Shown here: positions 1-9,705 of the stretch, one piece after another
Position numbering within the stretch: the stretch's first letter is position 1
Layout of the letters: each line of letters opens with the position of its first letter
NCBI GenBank assembly: GCA_964590575.1
Contig: CAZPWM010000011.1
Coordinates: 1-25,207 of the forward strand
Direction of reading: 5' to 3'
DNA: 25,207 bases
From: an uncultured archaeon
GTDB lineage: Archaea; Asgardarchaeota; Thorarchaeia; Thorarchaeales; Thorarchaeaceae
The notes under the pieces: model-generated
The model's input: only the letters and a program-made list of their open reading frames with translations
Told to the model about the DNA's origin: nothing
Database searches by the model: none
Made by a program: the position numbers and the translations under genes

Positions 1-110
1 ATACTGCTCAGATTTAGTATATATAGCGAAGCCACGTGTGAGGGTCACAGGAAGAAGTCACATATTGTTACCATCATGAGAGAGAGCTCTAAAAGCCAAA
101 TGGACTGGCT

Positions 111-1826
111 CTATTTCTTGAGGACCTTCATCAACTTGTTCAACGGATATGTATTGATTACATCATCAGGAGTCAACCATCCTCTCCGTGCCTGAAATAT
201 GCCAAATCGCATATTGTCAAGCTCTGAGATTCGATGTGCATCTGTATTGACTGCAATCTTTAGACCGCGCTTTGTTGCTGCTCTCAGGTTACCCGCATTG
301 AGATCCAGTCTCTGTGGATGAGCATTTAGTTCCATCACCACATTGTGCTTCTGTGCGGTCTCAAACACTTGCTCCAAGTCAATCTCAAATTCAGACCGCT
401 TACCAATCAAGCGGCCTGTTGGATGTCCTAGGATATGAATATACTTGTTCTCAAGAGCGTGACAGACTCGCTCCGTCATGACCTCTTTTTTGTCCTTCAT
501 CCTGCTGTGTATAGACCCCGTAACAATATCGAGCTGTGATAGAACAGTATCTTCAATATCAAGTCCACCATCAGCCAGAATGTCCACCTCTGCCCCCTTC
601 AGTATCTTCATCTTCCACCGACCTGATGCATTGAGCTTGTCAATCTCTTCAATCCGCTTCAGGAGACGGGTTTCATCCATACCATTAGCAATGGTCAAGC
701 TCTGGGTGTGGTCGGAAACACAGTAATACTTGTACCCAATCGCTTGGGCTGCGTCAAGCATCTCTTCAATCGTGTTCTTACCGTCAGACTGGTCTGTGTG
801 GCTATGCAGATCCCCACGAATGTCATTCAATGTCACTAATTTAGGAAGCACACCTTTTTGAGCTGCCTCTATCTCTCCCGTGTCTTCTCTCAACTCTGGA
901 GGCACCCATTGAAGCCCTAGTGCTTTGTAGATTCCCTCTTCATCCTCGCCAGCAACTTTCTGCTTGTCTTTATACAGACCATACTCGTTTAGACGGAATC
1001 CCATCTTTTGGGCAATCGAGCGTAACTTGACATTATGGTCCACACTCCCTGTGAAATACTGGAAACCTGCACCAAAGCTTTCACTTGGGAGAACTCTAAG
1101 GTCCACCTGAAGGCCAGTGTCAAGTCGTATTGACGACTTTGTTGGTCCTTGAGCAAGGATTGTTGCAACCCCTTCTAAATGGACAAAAGTGTCCATTACG
1201 GTTTCAGGATTGCTAGCATCCACCAAAAAATCAAGGTCACCAATAGTTTCTCTTCGGCGACGCGTGGACCCAGCAGTGATGAACTGCTTTATATTATTCA
1301 GTTTACGAAGTTCGTTCTCAATCTTCTCAGCAGTAAAGATTGCATCTGCAAGGAGAGTTCTCTCTAGTCCAGCACGTACAACTTGAATCCCCTCAATGAT
1401 TTGAACCTGGGTTTTTTCACCAAGACCCTGTAGACTTGAGAGCTTTCCCCCATTGGCAGCCTTCTCGAGAGACTCAAGATCTGTCACACCCAATTTTTCG
1501 TACACGAGTTTGATAGTCTTGGGACCCACTCCGGAAATAGCGTCGAGCTCCAGAGCTTTCACTGGAACACGTGTTCTCAGTTCTGTGAGAAGCTCTACCT
1601 CGCCAGTTTCAAGATAACTTGTAATGACCTCTGAGAGGCCCTTTCCAATACCGGGGATATCTGTGAGAGCATCTCGTTTTGCTATGGATTCAATGTCTTC
1701 TCCTAGAGATGTTATTGACCTCATACCACGATAATATGCAAGAGGTTTGAAACGGTCCTTACCTTCAATCTCTAGAAGTAGGCCTATCTCCTTGAGAACA
1801 CGAACCACTTCAGCATTCTTGGTCAT
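111..1826 (-). CDS. polX: DNA polymerase X family / PHP 3'-5' exonuclease fusion (PolX-PHP)
   Basis: HhH motifs (IPGIGKG, ISGVGPK, LQGLGEK); GSTRR..ETIGDLD and DLR catalytic aspartates; YFTGS; LNEYG; C-terminal PHP motifs HSH, SDH, HPTGR, NTDAH. Confidence 0.95.
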   Translation of the reverse strand: MTKNAEVVRVLKEIGLLLEIEGKDRFKPLAYYRGMRSITSLGEDIESIAKRDALTDIPGIGKGLSEVITSYLETGEVELLTELRTRVPVKALELDAISGVGPKTIKLVYEKLGVTDLESLEKAANGGKLSSLQGLGEKTQVQIIEGIQVVRAGLERTLLADAIFTAEKIENELRKLNNIKQFITAGSTRRRRETIGDLDFLVDASNPETVMDTFVHLEGVATILAQGPTKSSIRLDTGLQVDLRVLPSESFGAGFQYFTGSVDHNVKLRSIAQKMGFRLNEYGLYKDKQKVAGEDEEGIYKALGLQWVPPELREDTGEIEAAQKGVLPKLVTLNDIRGDLHSHTDQSDGKNTIEEMLDAAQAIGYKYYCVSDHTQSLTIANGMDETRLLKRIEEIDKLNASGRWKMKILKGAEVDILADGGLDIEDTVLSQLDIVTGSIHSRMKDKKEVMTERVCHALENKYIHILGHPTGRLIGKRSEFEIDLEQVFETAQKHNVVMELNAHPQRLDLNAGNLRAATKRGLKIAVNTDAHRISELDNMRFGIFQARRGWLTPDDVINTYPLNKLMKVLKK

Positions 1827-1837
1827 TGGTTGTCCTC

Positions 1838-2851
1838 CTACTCATAGTCATATGGGTTGAGTGCGCGAACAGCATCCTTTACTGCTACTATGTTCTCTTG
1901 TGGAGTGTCAACTGTTATGACACATCCTGGAGCAATGATCAGACGCTCTGGACCTGATTCATCTATCGCACTAAGAACCTGTTTCTGAGCCTCTTCTGGA
2001 CTTTCGGTCCTAAAGACTCCATTATGATCAATTCCACCAAGAGCAGCTCCTCTGAATCGCTTCTTTCCTTGTTTCAATGAGAGCGCAGAAGTTTGGTCCT
2101 CCCAATTGACACCATCCACTCCAGGCGTCCTCGCTATCTTATCAAACCTGATTTCTTCATTCTCCTCACGTGCGTGTAAATGGAGGATAATGAACTTCGC
2201 TTTCCCTCTGATTCGAGAGATGAACTTGAGGTCATACGGATACACGAACTCTTTGTATTGTTTATCCGTCACAGAGGATGTAGTAGAGTGCTGGGATGCC
2301 AAGAAGATTCCATCCGCTCCAGCGTCAATGGTTGCCCTCGCAAAATCAATCATGACATTTGTGATGATATCCAGCGCACCTTTCAATATCTCAGGGTTCT
2401 CATCTGCATATTTGTTGAAATTCTTATCAGAGATTTTGTCCGCAACCATTGAAGGGTCGAAAACTGTCGCCATTGTTGGTACTACGCCATCTGCGTATTC
2501 TTGAATTAGCTTCACCGCACGAATCTGATTTCCAAGCTCACCCGCATTCACATCAACTGGTTCTAGAGTTTCCCAGTCACTAACATCATTAATTGCCGCA
2601 TTGGTAAGAGTTGTCGAGCCGCTTGTAGCACCATCATAGACAGCAGTACAGCCAAAATCTATGCAAGGAAAATGCCCAAAGAAGGATATCTTCAGCAAAT
2701 CATGATCCAGTAGTTTGTGAAAGGCAATCTCAGCTTTTGCAAGATCTTCTGGAGTTCGGTCTAATTCAGGATGATGTTTCCACAAAGAAATTGGAATCTG
2801 GTCACCCAAATTGCCAAGAAAAGTTTCTTTGAGCAAATTATATTTCGACAT
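1838..2851 (-). CDS. Uroporphyrinogen decarboxylase (URO-D/MtaA-CmuA superfamily)-like TIM-barrel protein
   Basis: AGADGIF, LGGID, IIAPGC motifs; lacks the HemE WxMRQAGR motif. Start moved to ATG 2851 (MSKYNLL) because the longer ORF overlaps the divergent gene. Stop lies 11 bp upstream of the polX start. Confidence 0.75.
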   Translation of the reverse strand: MSKYNLLKETFLGNLGDQIPISLWKHHPELDRTPEDLAKAEIAFHKLLDHDLLKISFFGHFPCIDFGCTAVYDGATSGSTTLTNAAINDVSDWETLEPVDVNAGELGNQIRAVKLIQEYADGVVPTMATVFDPSMVADKISDKNFNKYADENPEILKGALDIITNVMIDFARATIDAGADGIFLASQHSTTSSVTDKQYKEFVYPYDLKFISRIRGKAKFIILHLHAREENEEIRFDKIARTPGVDGVNWEDQTSALSLKQGKKRFRGAALGGIDHNGVFRTESPEEAQKQVLSAIDESGPERLIIAPGCVITVDTPQENIVAVKDAVRALNPYDYE

Positions 2852-2979
2852 GGCATATCTACAAGCATATTTGGGAATAATGAGGCTTTCGAAGCAACTA
2901 ACTAAGTTCGTCGCCATCAAACATAAGAGCAGAATAGAACCAAACTTCCGAGTCCGATTCAAAATCTGGAGGATATCCG

Positions 2980-4173
2980 TTGTCAGAATTGACTGCCCTG
3001 TTCGACCCCGAAGCAATCCTTAAGCTAGATGGGATTGATGAGTTAGACAGAATGAGGGCAGAACCTAATCCATACTGGAATCGGGCACGATTGGAGGTCA
3101 CTTGGAACCTTCCGGTGATGTCAGGATTACTCAATAGTCCTCGAATATCAGTCCAACCTATGCGTCTTGCTACACGCGAAGAACTTCTCTTGTTCCATGA
3201 CCCATCATATATAGAAACACTGGAACTCTTTGGAAATATGGGTAGCGCATTCGCGTCTCGTTTTGGATTGGACACTAATGAATGCCCGATTTTCCCAGGT
3301 GTGGACAAATATGCCAGCTATATTGTTGGTGGCACCATAGATGCGGTAATGGGAGTGGCTGATGGTACGTTCGAAGATGCCGTATCGTTCTTTGGAGGGC
3401 TCCATCATGCACTTGAGAGTCAGGCTGCAGGATTCTGTTATTACAATGATTGTGTAGTCGCGATAAAGAAGTTCCAACAGAAATATCCGGGAAAGAAAGT
3501 TCTCTATCTCGATACCGATGCCCATCACGGCGATGGTGTTCAACATGCTTTCTATGACGATCCCAGTGTCCTGACGATTTCACTTCACGAGCTGAGCATG
3601 GGGTTCTTCCCCGGAACAGGTAGAGTGGAAGAGGTCGGGATTGGTGAAGGAAAAGGCTACTCAGTCAATATTCCTCTACCCCCTCTCACAGATGATGTTG
3701 AATGGTGGAGAGCCTTTGAGGATGTGGTGGTGCCAATCTGGTTGGCCTACAAACCAGATTTCGTGTTTTGGGAGGTCGGAGCAGATGGCTACATGAATGA
3801 CCCACTGACCGATTTGATGTTGACGTATGACACCTATCAGCGAATTTCGAAGACCGTTCGTCAACTTGTTCACCTTGGAACCAGAAAACTCGTTGTGACT
3901 GGAGGCGGTGGGTACAACGCCGTAGCTGCTGCAAAGATCTGGACCATCCTACTAGCAGACATCGCAGATATTGCATTACCACCGACTATCCCTGCCGAAT
4001 GGATAGAATTATGTCACAAACACGGATTTCAGGTGAAGAGAGGCGGATGGACAAGCAGACCATTCAGGATGCCTAGTGATCAGTATCCAAAGATTCGTCG
4101 AGCTGTGGATGACACTATTGAGAAAGTGAAGAGCCTTATTTTTCCAACCTTTGGATTGGAGGATCAGATTTAG
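2980..4173 (+). CDS. acuC: Zn-dependent histone deacetylase family protein, class I / AcuC-like
   Basis: GGLHHA, GFCYYND, DTDAHHGDG, SLHE, FFPGTG, NIPL, GADG..DPL and GGGGY motifs all intact; TTG start preceded by GGAGGA. Confidence 0.9.
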   Translation: MSELTALFDPEAILKLDGIDELDRMRAEPNPYWNRARLEVTWNLPVMSGLLNSPRISVQPMRLATREELLLFHDPSYIETLELFGNMGSAFASRFGLDTNECPIFPGVDKYASYIVGGTIDAVMGVADGTFEDAVSFFGGLHHALESQAAGFCYYNDCVVAIKKFQQKYPGKKVLYLDTDAHHGDGVQHAFYDDPSVLTISLHELSMGFFPGTGRVEEVGIGEGKGYSVNIPLPPLTDDVEWWRAFEDVVVPIWLAYKPDFVFWEVGADGYMNDPLTDLMLTYDTYQRISKTVRQLVHLGTRKLVVTGGGGYNAVAAAKIWTILLADIADIALPPTIPAEWIELCHKHGFQVKRGGWTSRPFRMPSDQYPKIRRAVDDTIEKVKSLIFPTFGLEDQI

Positions 4174-4300
4174 TTGGAACGTAGTTCAGCGATTACACAC
4201 CACTGGTTTTGCTCAATAGTAATATGTGATATGGATTGCGACTCACTAGTCGGTTGAAATAAAAGACCGGATTTATCGCAACTAAGTTTACGTATGCAAG

Positions 4301-6031
4301 GTGGACGTAGACTTGAACTTTAGGCGCAGATACTTAGTACTTGTTCTTGGCATCGTTATCATGTTGTCAGGGACAGCAATAGCTGCAAGTGTGCAGAGTG
4401 GATTCGGTTCTATTGCTGTTACAGAAGTTGATTTTCTAGCAGCTGACGGATCTATGATTCATAGTACACTTCAGAAACCCAACTATGCAACAGATACGAG
4501 TCCATTACCAGGAGTCGTAGTGATCCATGGTTCACAACAGAACAAGGAGTGGGTAATGGCTTTTGGAATAGAACTAGCTAGAAGAGGATTTGTAGTTCTG
4601 ACAATTGATGCTAATGGTCACGGAAACTCAGAAAACGGAACAGGTAGTGGAACAGCTGCATTGGACTATATCGCCGCACTAGATTATGTTGATAGCACTC
4701 AGGTTGGCTTAATCGGTCACAGCATGGGAGGAGGAATCGCATGGGCCGCTTTGAATGAATCTAGTGTCTATGTGCGAGCCCTAGTTCTAGTCGGTTCTGG
4801 TTTTCGAGATAATATGTCATATATCCCAAACACCCTCCTAGCTACCGGAAACTTCGATTCTCTATCTAGTTATCCTCACAATCTCGCCTTGCTAGATTCA
4901 TGGTTCAATGTGACGGGGGTAGCAGCGGAAACAACGTATGGTGATTTTGCTAACAACACTGCAAGACGGGCTGTGTTTCCATCAACAAATCATCTCTTTG
5001 AAACTATTGACCCAGTCATTGTAAGTGAAAGTGTAGAATGGATGAAGAACAGTCTGAAAGGAGGAATTGAGGACGAGCATTGGATAGTCAGTACGAGTCT
5101 TCTCTATCCTATGTGGTTAGTGGGTGGATTCTTTGGATTGATTGGTGCTTTACTTACGATATTTCCTCTAATGGCAATTCTACTTGACACTCCTCTCTTC
5201 TCAGACCTAAAAGGCATCCCAACCGATGAACCAGCCACCACTAAGTCATTCTATCGATATGGTGTTGTGTATGGATTGATTGGTGCAATCACCTTTTTCC
5301 CTTTCCTCTTTATTGGACTCTTGCTATCGTATAGAATCCCATTCCCAGCATTCTATGGAATACCCGTAATTTCATGGATGATTGGAAGTGGACTCGTTGC
5401 CTTAGTAGTTCTCTTTGTAATTCTACGCTTACGCGGCAAAAGTAGTTCATCAACTTCCTCATTGCGAGGATTACTTGGAGTAAATCATCAGAAACCAGTC
5501 GTAGGACTCTTGAAGACTCTGGTTTTGACCCTCATTGTGTTTGGCTGGCTTTATTTGCTAACGCTTTTTGTTGATTTTGGACTGGTATTGGATCTAAGAT
5601 GTTTCCTTCCGGGACTCCATGATCTCACATTTGCACAAGCAGGATTGGTTCCGTTCTACTTTGTTGCTTTCCTGTTTTACTACTTGATTGAAGGCGCTTG
5701 GCTGACAGGTATCATGTTGCCTGAAAGCTCAGGGACGTGGATAAGGGTTCAGTTGGATTGGACAGTGAAATCAGTGTTCATCAAGACTATCCCATATCTC
5801 ATCCTGATAATATTCGAGTTTGTGGGAGGTTTTCTAGTTGGTGCGCCTCTTGTTCCATCTACGATTGGATACTCTTGGTTGTTCTTCTATGCATTTGCAC
5901 CCTGGTTTGCTATTTGCACAGTGATAACCATGTTTGCATATCGTGTGACTGGCAATCGATGGCTTGGAGCTATGATCAATGCAATGTTATGTGCATGGCT
6001 TCTTGCAACAATACTGGGTATAAGCAGTTAG
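4301..6031 (+). CDS. Membrane-anchored alpha/beta hydrolase with a multi-TM C-terminal domain
   Basis: N-terminal TM/signal segment; HG oxyanion motif; GHSMGG nucleophile elbow; candidate Asp (GNFD) and His (TNH); about 8 hydrophobic helices in the C-terminal half. Confidence 0.8.
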   Translation: MDVDLNFRRRYLVLVLGIVIMLSGTAIAASVQSGFGSIAVTEVDFLAADGSMIHSTLQKPNYATDTSPLPGVVVIHGSQQNKEWVMAFGIELARRGFVVLTIDANGHGNSENGTGSGTAALDYIAALDYVDSTQVGLIGHSMGGGIAWAALNESSVYVRALVLVGSGFRDNMSYIPNTLLATGNFDSLSSYPHNLALLDSWFNVTGVAAETTYGDFANNTARRAVFPSTNHLFETIDPVIVSESVEWMKNSLKGGIEDEHWIVSTSLLYPMWLVGGFFGLIGALLTIFPLMAILLDTPLFSDLKGIPTDEPATTKSFYRYGVVYGLIGAITFFPFLFIGLLLSYRIPFPAFYGIPVISWMIGSGLVALVVLFVILRLRGKSSSSTSSLRGLLGVNHQKPVVGLLKTLVLTLIVFGWLYLLTLFVDFGLVLDLRCFLPGLHDLTFAQAGLVPFYFVAFLFYYLIEGAWLTGIMLPESSGTWIRVQLDWTVKSVFIKTIPYLILIIFEFVGGFLVGAPLVPSTIGYSWLFFYAFAPWFAICTVITMFAYRVTGNRWLGAMINAMLCAWLLATILGISS

Positions 6032-6043
6032 TTTACTTGGGCT

Positions 6044-6079
6044 GAAGGACCTTTCAAAGGTCCTTCTTTCATTCATTTT
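6044..6079 (+). terminator. Hairpin plus pyrimidine tract terminator
   Basis: Perfect inverted repeat GAAGGACCTTT-C-AAAGGTCCTTC (6044-6066) followed by TTTCATTCATTTT, just after the hydrolase stop codon. Confidence 0.65.
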
Positions 6080-6224
6080 GCTCAGTTCAACAATGAATGT
6101 GATATTTGAGAATCCTGAATTTATCTCAAATTACTAGGTAATGGGAAGACACTCTGTATCAAGAAGGCTTTTTTTTTCACGATGTTATAGAAATCAGGTT
6201 ACTTTCCTAGGTAGTGATTCTAGC

Positions 6225-8324
6225 ATGATTAGACTGATAGGTGTTCTGACTCAAGGTGGTGTGCCTATCAAGTTTAAGAGCTCAATAGAGGCCGAGGGAG
6301 AACTCGTACTTGGACCATTGATTGAAGCCACAAAAGCACTGAGTGATATAATGGGTGGTGGTGAAGTCAAACGACTGGCGTTTAAGGACAATACTTTGAT
6401 TGTCACAGAAACCAACAAGGGATACACAGTTGTTGCCCTAGTGAGCAAGGCAGAGGACTACATGGATAGTCTCCTTCGTGTGATTGCAGAGAAAATAGAT
6501 GAATCGGAGATTCAGTTTGCAGATGGTATTGTCAATGATGCGCAAATAAGAGTCATTGAGCGGATTCTTGTCCCATATGTCAGAGCCCACATTGAAACCT
6601 CATTTCCTGAAGCCCTCTCTAACATATGGGACCCGATTCATGAAGTATTAAAAAATGATAATCGATTTGTCAAGGTGATTCAGGAAGTCGATGACCTCTT
6701 AGCCAAGACTGAGTCAGAGAAGAGATGGAATCTTTTCAAGGAAGAATCCGAAGGTTCATTGAGTGATGCATTGACGCATGCAATGAGAGGTGAGTTCGAT
6801 AAAGCCTGTGCAATTGCTATGTGTAATGAGGGAGCGGTAGCGGGAATATTCAGTATCAAGATGGGCGCTCTAACTCACTCTATGACAAAGGCAATTTCCC
6901 CAACTCTGACTGAATTAAGAATAATTGCCTCAAAGCTCCCTGAAGATCATCCATTCACTAGTTTTGCCAAGATACTAGTAGGATCTATAGCAGGAGAGGT
7001 CATCCCTGCAGATTATGCTCGTGTCTTTAGGGAATCAATGAGCAATTTTGAGTTCATCGAAGATGAGGAGCATCTCATGCTCGGTTTTCTTTTCTTGGAT
7101 GCTCGAGTGGTCGACTACTCTGAGTTTTCTGAAAACTTGATAAAACTCTACAAGGGAAAATCAGAAGTATATTGTTCATTCATTGAGGCTATTCAAGAAC
7201 GAAACAACATTTTCAATAAATTGTACTCCATTACAAGCTATGATGGTTTCAAAGACGAACTCGGCTTGTACAAGACTCAGATATCTAGCATTCTTGGAAG
7301 TATCACCTGGGTCACAAATGAAGAACTGATGTGGGAGTTACAGAAAGAAGGAAAGGGAATTGAGATTGGAATCACAGCTTCACTGAAATTGCAGAACTAT
7401 ATTGCAGTACTGACAGCCTTGACCGAGTCACCAGTGTTGTCGATTGGTGAACGCAAAGGCTTCCTCGAAGAAGTTCTCATGCTCTATCGCGATTATTTCA
7501 GGGGTCTAATGATGGCAGAAATCCCCCTTTTCGCTTACACATTAGATAGTGTTTTTCAAAGCGTTGGTGTCGCTCATGCAGAGTATTATTTCCTATCAAC
7601 TGGTGATGCTAGAGACCATCATGTGCAGCGGACAATAGAGTTCCTGGGTGATATTTACGAAACCATGGTAGAAGAGTGGCCAAAGGCACGCGTTAGATTC
7701 TCACTCTTTGTTGTGACAAATTCAATCTCTCCCGTTCTATCAAGAGCTGGGGAGATGCCCGAGGTGGAGATTCGAATTCTATACGCAGCTATGCAACTTC
7801 TTGACATTAACACCATTGACGCTACACAAATTACACGGCCAACTACTTATGCCACATACCTGTGCAACACAAACACATCACTCACAGCTCTTGCATCTAG
7901 ACTGCTACAAGACGATATTCGTGCCAAGGTTCTCAGAGAAGGTGTAAACATTGCACTCGATGTGCAGGAGTGGTTCTTGTCTTTTGGTGAGGTGATTCGG
8001 GATGATGCGATGTCTGCGAGTTATCACGCATCTCTAATCGCAGGAACTCTAGATGAAGATGATTTGAAGAGGACTGTTGACAGGGTTGTTGACTTGAACA
8101 GAATTATAGTGCAGAACCCTAGTAAATTCGACTATGAGCTTGCTATGATGTCGGTTCCTCTTATGGACCTGTTATCGAACGCTTGGAAAAGATTAGCAGA
8201 TGAGAAGTATCTCAAAATGTCTAAGGATACATATCGAGCGGCCATGGCAGCCTGGAAGAAATATGGATTTTATGAGAAGGCGGAGAATTTCAAGAAATCG
8301 TTCGGTCAGGGCTTAGAGTTTTAG
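6225..8324 (+). CDS. Hypothetical protein with an N-terminal longin-like domain and a long alpha-helical (solenoid-like) body
   Basis: Likely start ATG 6225 (MIRLIGVLTQGGVPI). The first ~115 aa follow the beta-beta-alpha-beta-beta-beta-alpha longin pattern; the rest is amphipathic helical with a TPR-like C-terminus. Confidence 0.6.
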   Translation: MIRLIGVLTQGGVPIKFKSSIEAEGELVLGPLIEATKALSDIMGGGEVKRLAFKDNTLIVTETNKGYTVVALVSKAEDYMDSLLRVIAEKIDESEIQFADGIVNDAQIRVIERILVPYVRAHIETSFPEALSNIWDPIHEVLKNDNRFVKVIQEVDDLLAKTESEKRWNLFKEESEGSLSDALTHAMRGEFDKACAIAMCNEGAVAGIFSIKMGALTHSMTKAISPTLTELRIIASKLPEDHPFTSFAKILVGSIAGEVIPADYARVFRESMSNFEFIEDEEHLMLGFLFLDARVVDYSEFSENLIKLYKGKSEVYCSFIEAIQERNNIFNKLYSITSYDGFKDELGLYKTQISSILGSITWVTNEELMWELQKEGKGIEIGITASLKLQNYIAVLTALTESPVLSIGERKGFLEEVLMLYRDYFRGLMMAEIPLFAYTLDSVFQSVGVAHAEYYFLSTGDARDHHVQRTIEFLGDIYETMVEEWPKARVRFSLFVVTNSISPVLSRAGEMPEVEIRILYAAMQLLDINTIDATQITRPTTYATYLCNTNTSLTALASRLLQDDIRAKVLREGVNIALDVQEWFLSFGEVIRDDAMSASYHASLIAGTLDEDDLKRTVDRVVDLNRIIVQNPSKFDYELAMMSVPLMDLLSNAWKRLADEKYLKMSKDTYRAAMAAWKKYGFYEKAENFKKSFGQGLEF

Positions 8325-9152
8325 TAGAGTTATTGTAGCATCCCAGAGTTGTTTCTGAAGTTCAGCATCATTTGAGATTTCTGAAGTTTCAGTTTCTGCT
8401 TTCTTCTCAAAACACTTACCAGTCACACCTTCAACATCAGCTGAAGATGCTACATAGATGGATGTTTCAGCACCTTCCTTTGGACTTAGCTGGAAAGGTT
8501 TCATCATTCCAAACATGATTCTAGACACCATACTACCAGAATTGCGTCCTAGATTGGTGGCAACAAAACCAGGAAGAACAACATTAACTGAGACACCTGT
8601 GTCTTTCAACCGTCGAGCCATCTCATACGTATACATGATGACCATGAGTTTCGCACTGCTATAGACTGTCCTAGATTTGTAAGATGACTCACTTTGTAGA
8701 TCATCCAGATTCAACTTCGCAGATTTGTGCAGGCCGGATGAGAGGTTGACAACTCTGGCTGGAGCACTTTCTTTCAGCAATGACAATAGTTCATGTGTGA
8801 GGAGGAAAGGTGCAAGATAATTCACTGCTAAGGTTACTTCAAACCCTTCATCTGTTACCTGTCTCTTATTGAGGACAGCTCCCGCATTGTTAACGAGAAC
8901 GTCTAACCGATTGTACTTATTCTTGAATTCTTTAGCAAAACCCCTTATTGATTCCATTGACGACAGATCGCAAATCATCAAATCTACAGCTGTATTCCCA
9001 CTCTCTTTGATGATATCTGAACGGGCAACTTCGCCCTTTTCTTTGTCACGGACAACCATGACAATAGTTGCACCCATTTCTGCAAGAGATATTGCGGTTT
9101 CCTTTCCTATGCCTGAGTTACTACCTGTGACGATACATACTTTATCCTTCAA
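8313..9152 (-). CDS. Short-chain dehydrogenase/reductase, retinol dehydrogenase/WWOX-like
   Basis: TGSNSGIG, CDLSS, NNAG, YSSAK catalytic motif, PGFVAT; TTG start. Confidence 0.9.
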   Translation of the reverse strand: MKDKVCIVTGSNSGIGKETAISLAEMGATIVMVVRDKEKGEVARSDIIKESGNTAVDLMICDLSSMESIRGFAKEFKNKYNRLDVLVNNAGAVLNKRQVTDEGFEVTLAVNYLAPFLLTHELLSLLKESAPARVVNLSSGLHKSAKLNLDDLQSESSYKSRTVYSSAKLMVIMYTYEMARRLKDTGVSVNVVLPGFVATNLGRNSGSMVSRIMFGMMKPFQLSPKEGAETSIYVASSADVEGVTGKCFEKKAETETSEISNDAELQKQLWDATITLLKL

Positions 9153-9240
9153 AGCAATCTCTCCAACTTCAAGGAAGGCAACTTATACAAATCTCGGTAG
9201 GTAGTTACCTACTTTAAGATGTAGGTCTAGCTTCCATTAT

Positions 9241-9705
9241 ATGATTCTGCTTGAGAGAATGGCTAGATACTTGGAATGGGCTAACGCCTCAATATGGAAG
9301 ATTGTTGACACTCTCAGTGATGAGGAGTTCAGTCAGTCTCTAGCTGATGGAGTAGGTAGTATTCATGGAAGGTATATCCACCTAGCTGAGGACGCCTGGG
9401 AATGGTTTCATGATTGGCATAGCGAAGAACCGCAAGAACCTGATTTCCAGGGTATGACACGGAATGAGCTCAACCAATTCATAATAGACTATCTGAAGAA
9501 GTGGCAGATTTTAATCGAAGAAAGAACTGTTGACAAGTTTACGGATGAGAGAGCTGGGAAGAGAGTTGTATTAGAGTTTGACGAGATGTTCTTTCATATG
9601 GTGAATCATTTCACGTATCATAGAGGTCAGATTGTGATGGGCTTGAAGATGCTTGGAAAAGAGGTTCCTATGACTGATTACGTCCCGTATAGGTTCTCTA
9701 CCTAG
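9241..9705 (+). CDS. DinB/YfiT-like four-helix-bundle protein
   Basis: WAN, GSI..H, H..NH.TYHRGQ metal-binding signature. Confidence 0.88.
   Translation: MILLERMARYLEWANASIWKIVDTLSDEEFSQSLADGVGSIHGRYIHLAEDAWEWFHDWHSEEPQEPDFQGMTRNELNQFIIDYLKKWQILIEERTVDKFTDERAGKRVVLEFDEMFFHMVNHFTYHRGQIVMGLKMLGKEVPMTDYVPYRFST

Noticed and set aside
2852-3016. N-terminal extension of the UroD-like ORF
   Set aside because: Overlaps the divergent deacetylase start and promoter region; the sequence does not look protein-like
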